Positions 1 through 11,418 of a stretch of 64,000 nucleotides of DNA are shown here, piece after piece; the stretch's first letter is position 1; each line of letters starts with the position of its first letter. The DNA is from Anthoceros angustus (Eukaryota; Plantae; Anthocerotophyta), in assembly GCA_010909165.1 (NCBI GenBank), contig MU008167.1, positions 1,240,001-1,304,000 on the forward strand, read 5' to 3'. A model generated the notes under the pieces. The model did not search any database and had not been told where the DNA came from. It saw only the letters and a list, made by a program, of their open reading frames with translations. The translations under genes were made by a program, and so were the position numbers.

Positions 1-228
1 TCCCAGGCTGCAGATTCAGAACTTGTTAGTGTTTCAAAATGGACTGAACATTGCATTATTGATTGGTCCTGGGTTGTAGCTGCACCAGAAGAGGTGTTCA
101 AGTTGGTGCATATTGCTCTATTTTGTGCCCAAGGAACACCCCAGAGGCGGCCCAGCATCAAAGAGATCATTTCTATGTTGCAGGGCCACAGTGAATGTAC
201 CTCAGTGCCATCCAGGCCAGAATGTTGA
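1..228 (+). pseudogene. 3' end of a receptor-like kinase gene or pseudogene (kinase subdomain XI), running off the left window edge
   Basis: Translates VAAPEEVFKLVHIALFCAQGTPQRRPSIKEIISMLQGHSECTSVPSRPEC* (TGA 226-228). Nearly identical to 1582-1736. Confidence 0.75.
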
Positions 229-1888
229 GTAACACTTCTGCTATCCTACAGTCCAGTAGCTTTGTCGAAGACTGGCAGTTTTGCCACTTCGGAAATAGGT
301 ACAGATTGGGAGTGATTGGTGTTGACAATTCTATCCAAACTTGGGTTACGGCAACCCCTTCAAACCAAGTCTCACAGATTTTTGGCTGCAAGTTTTGTCT
401 AGGAGCACATTGCTGGCCTTGATACCACGATGGACTATCCGTCTCTTACTTTGATGAAGGTAAGCCAGACCTTTGGCAGTTCCCAGAAGCCTAAGTTGTC
501 ACACACAAGCCGCCTGGTGACGACTTGGGTGTTCCATGGTCATTGCCGGTCATTGCCCTGGTCACTCTGTGAGCCTTCACCCTTGTGCCCGTTGAATTCA
601 TCTCCACCTGGCTAACTGGCACAAGGATGCGTCCGGTTCCTCAGCTTACAAAGGCATCGGAGCCGGCCTCCAAATGTATTCTCTCAGTGCTATAAAGTCA
701 GCCACAGCGAGATTTGATGTTCGAAACAAGCTGGGCGAGGGAGGCTTTGGAATTGCATACGAGGTGCATAAAGTGTTCAACCTGCAGCAATGACATTGGG
801 CTCATGAAGCATTCCTGACTAGGTACATAGAGTGGTTGTACTCCTCCCTGGCAGGGAGTTTTGCAGGATGGGACAGAAGTGGCGGTGAAACATATGGCAA
901 AGACCTCAAGTCAAGGAACACCCGAGTTTATGAATTAGGTGGCTCTAATTGGACACTCACAGCATGAGAACTTGGTGAAGCTTTTTGTGTACTGTCTAGA
1001 AGCAGAGGAGGGGTTATTGGTGTACGAATTCATGGAGACGGGCCACCTCCACCAAGAACTCTTTGGTATTCATGAAAGCTTTAGCTTCATTCATTGTTGC
1101 ACCTGTAGAGAGACCGGCATCCGCTCTCCTGGAAGCCTCGGTTCAACATCGTTCTTGGAACTGCCAAAGGTCTGGCATGCCCTTCATCAAAGTCAGAGAC
1201 GGATATTTCATCGTGATATCAAGGCCAGCAATGTGCTCCTAGGCCAAAAGTCTGCGACTTCGGTCTGGCCAAGTTCAGAGGAGAAGAGACATGTCAGCAC
1301 TAGGGTTGCCGGCACCATGCATCACTTTCAAGCATCAATTGGTTACTGAATCTGGATGCGGAAAGGTCCCTTCTGACCAGTTAGTGTTGGTTGATGCCAT
1401 GTGCACTCAGTGTTAACCAGTGTTTCTGCTCGAATGGGTATCGTCCAGCTACAACCCAGGACCAATAGATAACGCAATGTTCAGTCCCTTTTGAAACACT
1501 AACAAGTCCTGATTCTGCAGGCCTGGGACAGGTATGAAGAAGGTAAACTACAGGACAGTTGACCCAGGATCAAGGATTACCTTGTAGCTGCACCAGAAGA
1601 GGTGTTCAAGTTGGTGCATATTGCTCTATTTTGTGCCCAAGGAACACCCCAGAGGCGGCCCAGCATCAAAGAGATCATTTCTATGTTGCAGGGCCACAGT
1701 GAATGTACCTCAGTGCCATCCAGGCCAGAATGTTGAGTAACACTTCTGCTATCCTACAGTCCAGTAGCTTTGTCGAAGACTGGCAGTTTTTGCCACTTCG
1801 GAAATAGGTACAGATTGGGAGTGATTGGTGTTGACAATTCTATCCAAACTTGGGTTACGGCAACCCCTTCAAACCAAGTCTCACAGAT
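74..1888 (+). repeat. ~306-bp direct repeat pair (74-379 and 1582-1888)
   Basis: Near-identical sequence from ttgtagctgcaccagaag to ccaagtctcacagat at both places. Confidence 0.9.
470..1736 (+). pseudogene. Receptor-like Ser/Thr kinase pseudogene (DUF26/CRK-like kinase domain)
   Basis: Motifs KLGEGGFG (~727-750), EVAVK, HRDIKASNVLL (~1210) and HVSTRVAGT. There is an in-frame TAG at 936-938 (EFMN*VALI), and the DFG motif (KVCDFGLAK) lies in a different frame from NVLL. Confidence 0.85.
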
Positions 1889-2532
1889 GGTGTATTGTTC
1901 CCTGTATGTACATTGGCTGGACCGCTGAATCGATGTGCACCAACATCCGGAACTCGTGATTTTCTCGGTTCATCCCGTGATGCCCACTGGGTGTTAGACG
2001 TTTCAAGCAACTCAAGGTTTCCAGGTCTACAGGATTCTTCTATAATGTATTCCTTGACGAGTATTCCTTCCACATGATACATTACGTAGGTGCACGAAGG
2101 AATCGATTTGATCTTCCACCGAATTCATCCATTATGGACACGGCCATCGGGAAGCCTTACATAACTTTCTGCAGCTCCTTGACGAAAAGCTTGGCGTTGT
2201 GAAAGGTCGTCGCTGGAAGTTTCCTCAGACAGTCTCAGAAACCCAGAATGCATTAAGCTCAGAATTGAGGAGCAGAACCCAGAATTCAAACAAACCCCAG
2301 AGCCTCAAATTCCTGTGCTGAACTTAGGCAGGTTCAGTCTTGTGAATTCGGTTGCTTGAGTCACCAGGTAAGGTTTTCCTGTTCAGCGAAGGTTTCGACC
2401 GATCCGGCATGGAAGCTATGTGCTCCTGTTGATGCCGGAAGTTATGTGCTCCTGTCACAGGAGTTCACTTCAGGTTGCTGTCTCTTGGTGTGGAAGGTAC
2501 ACCAGAAGCTCACTTAGGTTGGTGCTCATTTT

Positions 2533-2658
2533 AGGTGGGTCTCTTGGTGTTTAGGTTGGTCTCTTATGTTGGTCTCTTGGTATTTTGGTTGGTCTCTTGG
2601 TATTTTAGGTTGGTCTCTTGGTATTTTAGGTTGGTCTCTTGGTGTTCTAGGTTGGTCT
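2533..2658. repeat. Minisatellite, ~21-bp unit (gttggtctcttggtattttag), ~6 copies
   Basis: Visible tandem units. Confidence 0.9.
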
Positions 2659-2746
2659 CGGCGTGACGGCAGCAGGCTCCTGTGTGTTGGTGTAGAGGCT
2701 ACAACAAGGGAAACAATTTTGCCTATCTGTTTGAAGACAATGACAA

Positions 2747-2865
2747 ACAATGACTGATGACAGACCCTGATCAAACAATGACTGATGATAGACCTTAATC
2801 AAACAATCACAGACCCTAATCAAACAATTACTGATGACAGACCCTAATCAAATACAAGCCCTAAT
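2747..2865. repeat. Minisatellite, ~27-bp unit (caaacaatgactgatgacagaccctaat), ~4 degenerate copies
   Basis: Visible tandem units. Confidence 0.8.
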
Positions 2866-3061
2866 CACACGGGTCACAATAAAGCATAAAGACAGAACCA
2901 AGGTTTCTTCAATGCCAGTAACGACAGAACCAAGGTTTCTTGAAAGCCATTTTCTCATCTGTGTGGACACGGAGCAAAACAATGCTCTTAGATGATGACT
3001 CGGGCTACCTATACTCTAGCAAGTGCGAAAAGCGACCTTGCAAAGAAGCAACCCTGAAGAA

Positions 3062-3355
3062 CCAAAATCTGCCCAATCGACTACTGACCTATTTCCCCGT
3101 TCACCCAAATCTGCCCAGTCGACTACTTACCTATTTCCCCGCTTACCAAAATCTGCCCAGTCGACTACTGACCTAATTCCCTGTGTACCAAAATCTGCAC
3201 AGTCGAATACTCACCTACCTATTTCCCTGGCCCAGTCGACTGCTTCCTATTTCCCTGTTTACCAAAATCAGCCCAGTCAACTACTGCCCTATTTCCCTAT
3301 CCTCCACCGTACCAAAATCTGCTCCGCCGACTACTTATCTATTTCCCTATCCTCC
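3062..3355. repeat. Minisatellite, ~42-bp unit (accaaaatctgcccagtcgactactgacctatttccccgttc), ~7 copies
   Basis: Visible tandem units; the last unit overlaps the stop codon of the hydrolase on the minus strand. Confidence 0.9.
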
Positions 3356-4781
3356 ATCGTGTCGGAGAAAAGAGTGGTGATAATCTTATCAGCAACACCA
3401 GGAACTAATTGGAGGATGTGGCCATGCTTGGGCAACTCGTGATAATCTATCCAGAGAAGCTGTGATGCAATGTACCTCTGCAACACAGCAGGAACCAAAT
3501 AATCTTCATCCCCCTGCCATACGTGAACCGGGATAAAAGGATTGTGCAAGTCCAGAGGACTAAAAGTCCACTTCCCAAAGCTGACCAAGATATCCCGGTG
3601 GAGGGATTCGTGAACCCCTTGCACTGTATTGTTCTTCAGTCTCTGCCACACAAAACAGAAGCGATTATTGTCTCTCTAAGCAAATTTCAAAACGTATTTG
3701 CTTGTGACGGTGGAAGATGGGATAGGATTTTCTCACCAAGCCGAAGCCTCCTACTTTGTCCAGTTTCTGCAGCACTTCAACGTCCGTCCCCACTAAACGA
3801 CGTTTACTTCCAGGAGCTGCACTGGATTTTGGGAAAATCTTTTGTGTCATCCACCAGTAGTTGAGCCAAGGTAGATGATGGGCGACTGAGAGGGCAACCT
3901 TGTCGTTCAAATATTGAGTATCCCATCCCTCCTTGGCCACGTTCGCGGGAAAGCCATCCCACCAAAAGTTGACAACAGGAGCTTCCATGGCCACTCCAGC
4001 AATTCTGTCCACAAGGTGAGGTTAAATGTCAGCGACCTTGTCAATAGGCTCTTAACATGGTTGTGCTGGACATGACATACCTGTGCTGGATGTATTTAAG
4101 GCAAGACCAAGCTGTCACTCCTCCCATCGAGGTAGATATAATGTAAAACTTCTCTCCAAGATTCAAGGCAGCTGCAAGCTCATCGACATCCTGTGCTGAA
4201 CTCTTTGGAGTGCGTCCTGGATGAGGATCACTTTCTCCATATCCAGGTCTATCAAAAGAAACGAGATACACACCGAACTTTTCAAGAACCTCCTGCAAAG
4301 AGTTGAGAATTGAGTCAAAAGGATTGGTACCTACCAACATACACCACCACTAACACCTACCTACAACCATATAACACCACGACACACCGCAACTCTACGC
4401 CGTCAACAAGTTCCTACACTTCCGACGAGTTTTGTGCTGGAGAGATCAGATACCAACCTGACCACAAAAGTACACCAACGCAACCACATAAGTACACGAG
4501 CGCACCTTAGAAGCCGGAAATAGGTCTTTTCGACCCCCTGTAAACCCATGCAAAGTTATGGCAAAAACCTTCGCCCTTTCTTTCGGAACACCACCCTCGT
4601 GGTATGCCAAATACCGCCCATCCGAAAGCCGGATACGAGAAGCTGTGACAGGAGGGCCTCCTGGGGTCCCAACGACAGTGGGTGCAGGAGGAACAAAATA
4701 AAGATAAATCACACCTGCCAGCCCAGCTAAAAGAGCAACAAGCAACGCCGGCCCCGGAAGAACAAAAAGTCCTCCTGCCAT
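3331..4781 (-). CDS. Alpha/beta-fold hydrolase with N-terminal hydrophobic anchor, 4 exons (4781-4506, 4292-4081, 4004-~3755, ~3642-3331)
   Basis: Motifs RIRLSDGRYLAY, LHGF, SFDRPGYGESDP, STSMGG (nucleophile elbow), VWQGDED and HELPKHGH. GT-AG junctions are phase-compatible; the exon 3 donor is ambiguous between two phase-0 sites. Confidence 0.9.
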
Positions 4782-5821
4782 CACACCCAGCAAACAAACA
4801 CGAAATCAGAGATCATGTGAGTGAAGAGATGCACACAAACGAGAATGCCACACAAAGCCTAACCACACTGAAAATAAGGAACAGATCCTTCCATATCCAA
4901 TTCTATCTACCAACAACCCACCTGATTCAAGCAACTTCCAAAACAGCGGACTTTCTTAATGACGTGACACCTTCCTTCCTTGAGAACTCACACAACAGGG
5001 ACCCGATACCAAGAACCTCACACCTTGCTTAGCAGCTTACAAACCGAAACTTTTCCTTCAAGTGCATACCTTCTCTTCCTTTCTTCGATCCCTTCCCTCG
5101 CGTGTGAGCCCGTGCGGAGGCCGCAGAGATACGCTTCTTGTCAGCCATGGCAGATAGAAAATTCCAAACTTGTGAGGCGCTAGATGAAATCAGACCACGC
5201 AATCTCTCTCACAATACCACACAATGGTGGTTGGTGGTCAGAATCATAGCACATGTGCTGCTGGCATTGTGGAAGCGGTGTAGATCCCAGCTAGAGCTGC
5301 CCGCAGGCGCCAGACAAGCCAAACGAAGCAATCTGAGGCAGGCCGTCCAGTAGCGCCACGCCGTGCACTCTGGAAGGCCGCCAGACAGTGGAGAATAAGA
5401 TTTTGTTGCCGCCCGTCCTGGCGGCATTAATTCAGTGCCACTGACCACATCCTTTGGATTCTCTTTCTGTCGACCAATGAGCATGGGACACGTCCTTTCT
5501 TACACACATGCTTCGCTGCCTGTACAGTTCACATCGCCCTCTCACACTCCCGGCGTGATCCGACTGGTGCGCACGATGAAGCTCAGTTGATGGTCCACAA
5601 CCCTCAATTACTGTTCCATTACTAATCAGAGCACAAAGTTCCATTGCCGAGCATTGCGAATGCTCCTGTGCTCAGCACAGCTTACTTGCTGCTCGGTGAC
5701 TAACAGGGTGTGCCGGTGTTGGGAAGCCAACAAAATGACACCCAGACTCTACAACATGAAGCTGAGGAATCTACCTACTATCCCGCTTTCCTTTATAGAT
5801 TAGCAGTTTAGAGGCGTGCCA

Positions 5822-6618
5822 TCACCCCAGGAAATTCATGATCACTAGATGCAGCACGAGGTTACATAGCACGAAGTCTGCAAAGGCTCGTTCCCGAGGC
5901 AGGTCCTGCACATGGCCAGCACAGTGCTCAGTTAGCACCCACATGTCTACCAATACGCGCCAAAAGAGAAAATCAGTGAGTCTTCTGGACTAAAGCTTGG
6001 AAGGTGGCCCGAACCATTCAGCTAGGGCAAAAAGTGTGTCACCTTGAATTCTTTGTTCTCCTTGTTGACTTGCATCCGTAAGCAGACTGAAAATCAGACC
6101 AGGAGCGCATCAGAATGAAGCCGGACATGTGATGAAAATGCATTGTTTCCAGTAAAACTTTATGGACGGTCAAGCGAAGTAACCTGCGAGCACAGCTGTG
6201 CCAACGCTGGAGAGAACTCCGGACAGAAATGCATTGAAAGGAAAGGTTCCAACCACCGCCATGTACAAGACCTAAAACAGAGGCCAGAAAAGTCTCAGCT
6301 CCAAGAACAAAGCTTACAGGATGCAAGGCTGTGGGGTCATTTTTAGCACCACAATCTCCCGACAAACATCCAGGTCATGCCGGAAGTTACCTGAATAGCA
6401 GCAGTCGTGATGGCAAAGAGAACGTACAGATCGATCACCTACACATGGGGATCAGGATTTCAGTAACTGGTACAAGCCAGCAGGCAGCCAGGTTGAGAGG
6501 CATCCCAAAGGACTAGGGCAATTGAGCAACACACCTTAAGCTTGGCTGGAGTGGATGCGTAAGATGACTTGAGCGAGCGATAGAGAACCTTTACATCATT
6601 CACAGTGCCGCTCGCCAT
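5822..6618 (-). CDS. DAD1: Defender against apoptotic death 1 / oligosaccharyltransferase subunit OST2, 5 exons (6618-6535, 6438-6391, 6271-6184, 6086-6043, 5905-5822), 115 aa
   Basis: Spliced product MASGTVNDVKVLYRSLKSSYASTPAKLKVIDLYVLFAITTAAIQVLYMAVVGTFPFNAFLSGVLSSVGTAVLAVCLRMQVNKENKEFKDLPRERAFADFVLCNLVLHLVIMNFLG matches plant DAD1. All introns are GT-AG. Confidence 0.97.
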
Positions 6619-7186
6619 ATCTCCAATCCTACCCGCAATCCGCGACAGATGCCTCAAAATTTCCAACAAGTCTTCCCCCGGCCGCCCGCAACTCGATAGA
6701 CGCAGTCGTTCTTCACCGAAAAAAAACATACTCATGCCGCTTTACCTCAACTAATTAACCAGAGTTACGGGTATAAGGTTAAGGACCTAACCATGGTTAA
6801 CGTTTCCCGCCATCTTACGATTTCAGCTTCATGCCACAAGGCGGTGAAACGCGTCTCATGTCTCAGCATTGTGATCTTGCGGTCTCTTGCTGCTGACGCT
6901 TGCGTTCGTGACGCCGCCAATGCCGCGGGCTCTCAGCAGTTCTTTCGGAGGGAGAATTCAAGCAAAGCACAGAGCCTTATATTCCTCTTCTGAAAATTGC
7001 GTCTGACTCGGAAGCGGAGAGGTGCGTGGAGCTGCTGGCGTCTTTGATTTTCACTGAGGGAGTTGATTCTTGTGAATCTTGTGTTGCAAGCAACAGTTGA
7101 GCTTTTCCTGTTCAAAGAAGGTTTCGGATTTTTCTGATGCAGTGTTGGAGCTAACGGCCGCAGTGCCTCAGGATCAGAGCTCCGAA

Positions 7187-8853
7187 ATGGAAGCAATGTG
7201 CTCCTTAAGCTTGTCAATAGAAGGGGTGGCAGCGACTCCAACAGCTCGCTTTAGGTGCGCTCTATCTTGGTGTGGTCCTGGTGCTGTTCACGCATGTGCA
7301 TCCTGCCGTGCTTTGTGGTTCTCATGTCTGTGTGTTGGCCTCTCCAACAGGTGTGAAGCTTGCTTCAAGCAGTTTGGTGCAATGTCCAGGCTGGTGGAGC
7401 ATGTAGCTAAGGCTGGTCATTCGCAGCATGAGCCGAAATGTGGACACTGCAAGAAGCACTGCAAATGCTTTGAGGCCCTCCGTGAGCATCTTCTTGGTAA
7501 GAGTCTTCGTTATTGAGGCAGTTGTCATTGGTCGGAGATCTCCGACAGAAGGAGAGGCACTCATTGTTTTCATTCTCAGGGCCTCTGTGCAAGAAGGAAT
7601 GCTCACAGGCGTTCTCAGAGACGGGATGTCATTACTGCTTGGAATTCGTTGATGACCGGGAAGCAGCGGCGATCCACCGTCTGACATGTCCTTGGGTTAC
7701 CACATCCACTTGCAGCAACGTAGTTACACTGTCCTTCAAACCTTTTCTTGCTCGATGCAAGTTCTGCAGTCTTTGTAGCACTATTCCAAGAACTGTCTGT
7801 TGTCATCTATTCAGACGTGGGCATGCCAGGTGCTATCAACCAAGAGGATCAGAGCGCCAGCAGGTGTTGGTGGTCAGTATGCGTCCTTCCACTCAGAGGG
7901 TGAGCGCTTACCTGCGGTGTCGCTGGACTGTGAGATGGTCGGAGGAGGAGATGATGGCTCTATCAATATATGTGCGAGAATCTGTGTGGTGGATGAAGGA
8001 GAAAACGTGCTTCTGAACACGTTTGTGAAGCCAAGCCTGTCTGTGACGGACTACAGGCAAGAAGACTGATCTGGTGCATTTCGAGTAGTCTCGCTTTGCT
8101 GGTATGCTTTCGACTGATTGTGCCTCAATCCTATCTAGACATGACATCACTCACATTGAGGCGACGGATCTGGAGAACGCAATGCCGTTTGAAGAGGCGA
8201 GAAGGAGAGTCATGGTCATTCTCCAAGGTGCTGAGAACCGTAGAAGGGGAAAGAAAGGGGTCACTAGGCTGCTGGTGGGTCATTCTTTGCACCATGACTT
8301 GGAGTGTCTAAACTTGACGTACCCTTCTCATCTGATCAGGTATACCATCCCCACTCCCTTCCCCTTCGCAAGCATCAGCTATGTTAGCACTGGGAACTCG
8401 TGGTTTCTTCCGAATCTCAATGTTCTGCATGATACCGGATTACAGGGACACAGGATGCTATCCACCCTTGTTGAGAACAAGCGGTGTCCCACACAAGCTG
8501 CGAGACCTGGCCAAGACCTACTTGGGGTAAGGCACCCACCTTCCTGAAATAGTTCCTGAAGAGCACCAAGCCTCACCGTTTCTTGCACAGTCGAAATAAG
8601 CTAAGCCTATTTTTGTTTCCAAAGGTACCAAATCCAGGATGAAGGCAGACATGACCCCTACGAAGATGCAGTTGCGGCAATGCGCATCTATCGGTGGTTA
8701 CGAACTACAGCACATAAGGGTGCCTGTCTCCCCGGCCCAAAAGAGGATATCTTCCACCGTTGGGACCCAGAGCGCTTAGAGAGCCTGAGTCCACAGGCTC
8801 TCCTCGAGCACTCCCGACCTTATTACAAGTGCTGGTGTCAAGACAACAGGTAG
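7187..8853 (+). CDS. RNA exonuclease 4-like DEDDh exonuclease with N-terminal C2H2-type zinc fingers, multi-exon
   Basis: CEACFKQF..HV..GHSQHEPKCGHCKKHC zinc-finger region; exonuclease motifs SLDCEMVG, VGHSLHHDL, RDTG and HDPYEDAVAAMRIY; ends YYKCWCQDNR* (TAG 8851-8853). Confidence 0.9.
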
Positions 8854-9149
8854 TTGGCTGGCGAGGACTCAAGATGTGCTTCCAAGTTCCAACTTCCTTA
8901 GAAAATGAGGACTTCTTCTGGCAAGTTCCTTTGGGAAGTTGCCTGTGGACCTACCGCTCTGTTTCACCTTAGTAAGCAGATTGTTAGTGATGTCATTTGT
9001 ACTGTTTCCATTAGCGACAAAGGTCTGCAGTACTCTTGTCTGAGCTATCAATGTATTTCACTGTGTGTGTCCCTTGAGAATCCGAAGAAGCGGTCTCAAG
9101 GCACATGTTTGCAGCTCTCACGGCCACATGCGTTGGCCGGGTACTGAGT

Positions 9150-9625
9150 GTAAGCATCAGCTGTATCAGCAGCAGCTTAGGCATGATCTCCCGGAATAAA
9201 GGTCCAGAAGTTTGTCTGGAGTCGAGCATCACGGGTTGACAGGACCTCAGACACCATGGACCTGGTAACTTCCCCCAGCAGTTCACAATTAGGAGGTTGT
9301 GAGGAGAGTCGACCTGGGTAGACATGGTGCAAGTTCGGACGGAAACCTACCTGACATCCCTCCTTCACAATGTCCAGCTGAGGAAGAGACAAAGCAAAAA
9401 ACGCCTACAGCAGATAACAGGCATTTCAAGAGCAGGAGGCGCACCATTAGATTGATAAGGGTTTTAACTTCCTTCAGCTGAAATGCCAAAGTATAAATGC
9501 CAATGAAGGCAAATCCAGCGATATCGACATTAGACCTTCGAAGTCCTTTGCTCTTTCTATTGGAGTGCCATCCAATTACATCGTGCTCCCTGCAGATTGC
9601 TACTTCTCTCTTCACTGACAAGACT
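9150..9625 (-). pseudogene. Partial, decayed duplicate of GT43 exons 2-3
   Basis: ICREHDVIGWHSNRKSKGLRRSNVDIAGFAF is homologous to [31 protein letters not shown] of the GT43 gene at 15.5 kb. Nucleotide similarity: 9310-9372 with 15415-15480, and 9490-9597 with 15526-15630. Confidence 0.85.
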
Positions 9626-9803
9626 GGAAAAGGATCTATTGATAGATCCCTAGTTGTGCCGAAATTCAGCGGCGGCTGAACTTACCCGATCTGCCTCCCA
9701 TCTGTAGAACTATGGTAGCAGGATGGTTGTTGACAGATTTTATACATCTCATCCATCTCCAAGACACTATCTAGAAGTAATCATCGGCAACCTAACCCGT
9801 ACA

Positions 9804-10682
9804 CTAACTGTGTTGCAAAAATCCTATCAAGTTCTGGATAGGCCCGACTTCAGTGACAAGAGCCTGTGCAAACAGGCCAGCCATGGCGAACATAGCCAGT
9901 CTCCCATTCTCTATCTCCTTCGTCTTAAGCTCTGCATTGGCTTCGTCCTCGATCCCGAACCCTAACGGATCGAACGCCTTCCCACCCGGATGAATCCCGT
10001 CCAAACCCTCAATTCCCACAGCTCTTGCAAGCTCAGAAACTACCAGAAACAAAATCAATCCCGCCTCTAGCACACCAGGATGACTCACAAAATGCTCCCT
10101 GGCAGCAATGAACCAAACCCCGCCGTCACCAAGCTGCAGAATCTCCGGCAACAGGCATCCCACCACCCCGAGCATGGCCCAGCGCCCGTTCATGACTTCC
10201 TTCCCTCTGAGCTGCTTAAATATGGCAGGGTCTCTGGCCAGGCCGAGAGGATCCATGCCGTAATCTCCCGGAAACTCCCCGCGCAGGTAAGCTGGAATCG
10301 GGCCGGGCCATTTCGGCCTACGAGGACCGTAGAAGACAGAGCGCGCGTCCTGCGACGGAGGCACGGAACGGCCGTAGACGCTGTACCAACGGGAGGCCGG
10401 AGTTGAAGCCCGCCGCAGCTTCGTGGAAGTTGCTGTGACGTCTGCTGCCACCAGCTCCTCAGGCGGCCGTCCATCAGGGAATGCCTCCTGTGCTTGCGCA
10501 ATCAGGCTGAAGACATCGTCCAGACCTACATCCGTCATTGCGTCGTCTTCCCCCTCTTCCTCCTGCACTGCGGCTCGGCACTGCCATCGCGACCGCCATA
10601 ACCGGCTGCGTTCCCGGAGGCCAGGCGCCGGGCCGGCGGCGGCGGCGAGCGTCACGGGGCCGAGAACACCCGCTCCCGCCAT
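9804..10682 (-). CDS. Light-harvesting chlorophyll a/b-binding protein, divergent Lhcb7-like, intronless, 292 aa with putative transit peptide
   Basis: Three-helix LHC signature: GEFPGDYGMDPLGL, KEVMNGRWAMLG, HPGGKAFDPLG, KEIENGRLAMFA, AQALVT. The segments GPIP and ELARAVGIEGLD resemble Lhcb7 (GPIP, EYARYCGIEALE); subfamily assigned from memory. Confidence 0.92.
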   Translation of the reverse strand: MAGAGVLGPVTLAAAAGPAPGLRERSRLWRSRWQCRAAVQEEEGEDDAMTDVGLDDVFSLIAQAQEAFPDGRPPEELVAADVTATSTKLRRASTPASRWYSVYGRSVPPSQDARSVFYGPRRPKWPGPIPAYLRGEFPGDYGMDPLGLARDPAIFKQLRGKEVMNGRWAMLGVVGCLLPEILQLGDGGVWFIAAREHFVSHPGVLEAGLILFLVVSELARAVGIEGLDGIHPGGKAFDPLGFGIEDEANAELKTKEIENGRLAMFAMAGLFAQALVTEVGPIQNLIGFLQHS

Positions 10683-11418
10683 CGCCAGAAAGCTTCACCA
10701 ACAGCTCCCGCTCGCTTTCGTCTTCTCGGAAGCTTCTTCGGAAACAGAAAAAACACATCGACACCTTTAGCGCTTTTATCTAGACACTTCCATTCATCTC
10801 ACATTTTTCAGCTGAAACGAGGACATAAAGGAGGAATTGCAGATACTTACAGGGTCCGGGGCCGAGGACAGGCTTAACCGCCGCTGGTGTCGGCCGTAGT
10901 GAAGCTGGCCTTATCCGGCTAGACTGCCTGGCAGTTAGTTGGGGATCGAACGGTTCTGATGGCGTTCGGTTACTGGGAGACTGGATGGCTTGGATCAGTC
11001 CGATTCCCATCTTCACGCCACATGGTGCCCAACTCTAGGGCTTGAGATAATGGCTCTCCTCCCTGCCTGGATCGCCTGGATCTGCAACAGGGGAGGAGGC
11101 AATTGGTCTGAGAGGAGGATGCATGGGGATGATGGGTTCATTTGTTGTGGCAGGCTGGAGTGCAACAGACCTGCAATTGGGTGTAACTGCAGTCAGTGCA
11201 TCCTTTCCCCTTCGATACTGTCAGGGTTCTGATGGGGCTGGAAGATGATGCGATGGAAGTGAGAGCATGTTTGCCGAGATGGTTGCACCTGGGTCCAGCT
11301 TGGAGTCCATCGAGTTCTGGTGCATCTGATTGAGAGCTCTGCCATGGCCGATAGCTTGGTGCGACACACGGAGGCTTCTCCGTAGTTGGGTTTCAGAGTT
11401 CAGAATCTGGCTGGGGTC

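Noticed and set aside
1855-2230. Short minus-strand ORF and possible exon fragments
   Set aside because: No recognisable homology or clear gene structure.
2533-3355. Tandem arrays as possible CRISPR-like repeats (also 13530-13660 and 61503-61763)
   Set aside because: Units are contiguous with no unique spacers, and the context is eukaryotic with no cas genes.
5138-5720. Short ORFs between the hydrolase and DAD1
   Set aside because: No motifs; probably UTR or intergenic sequence.
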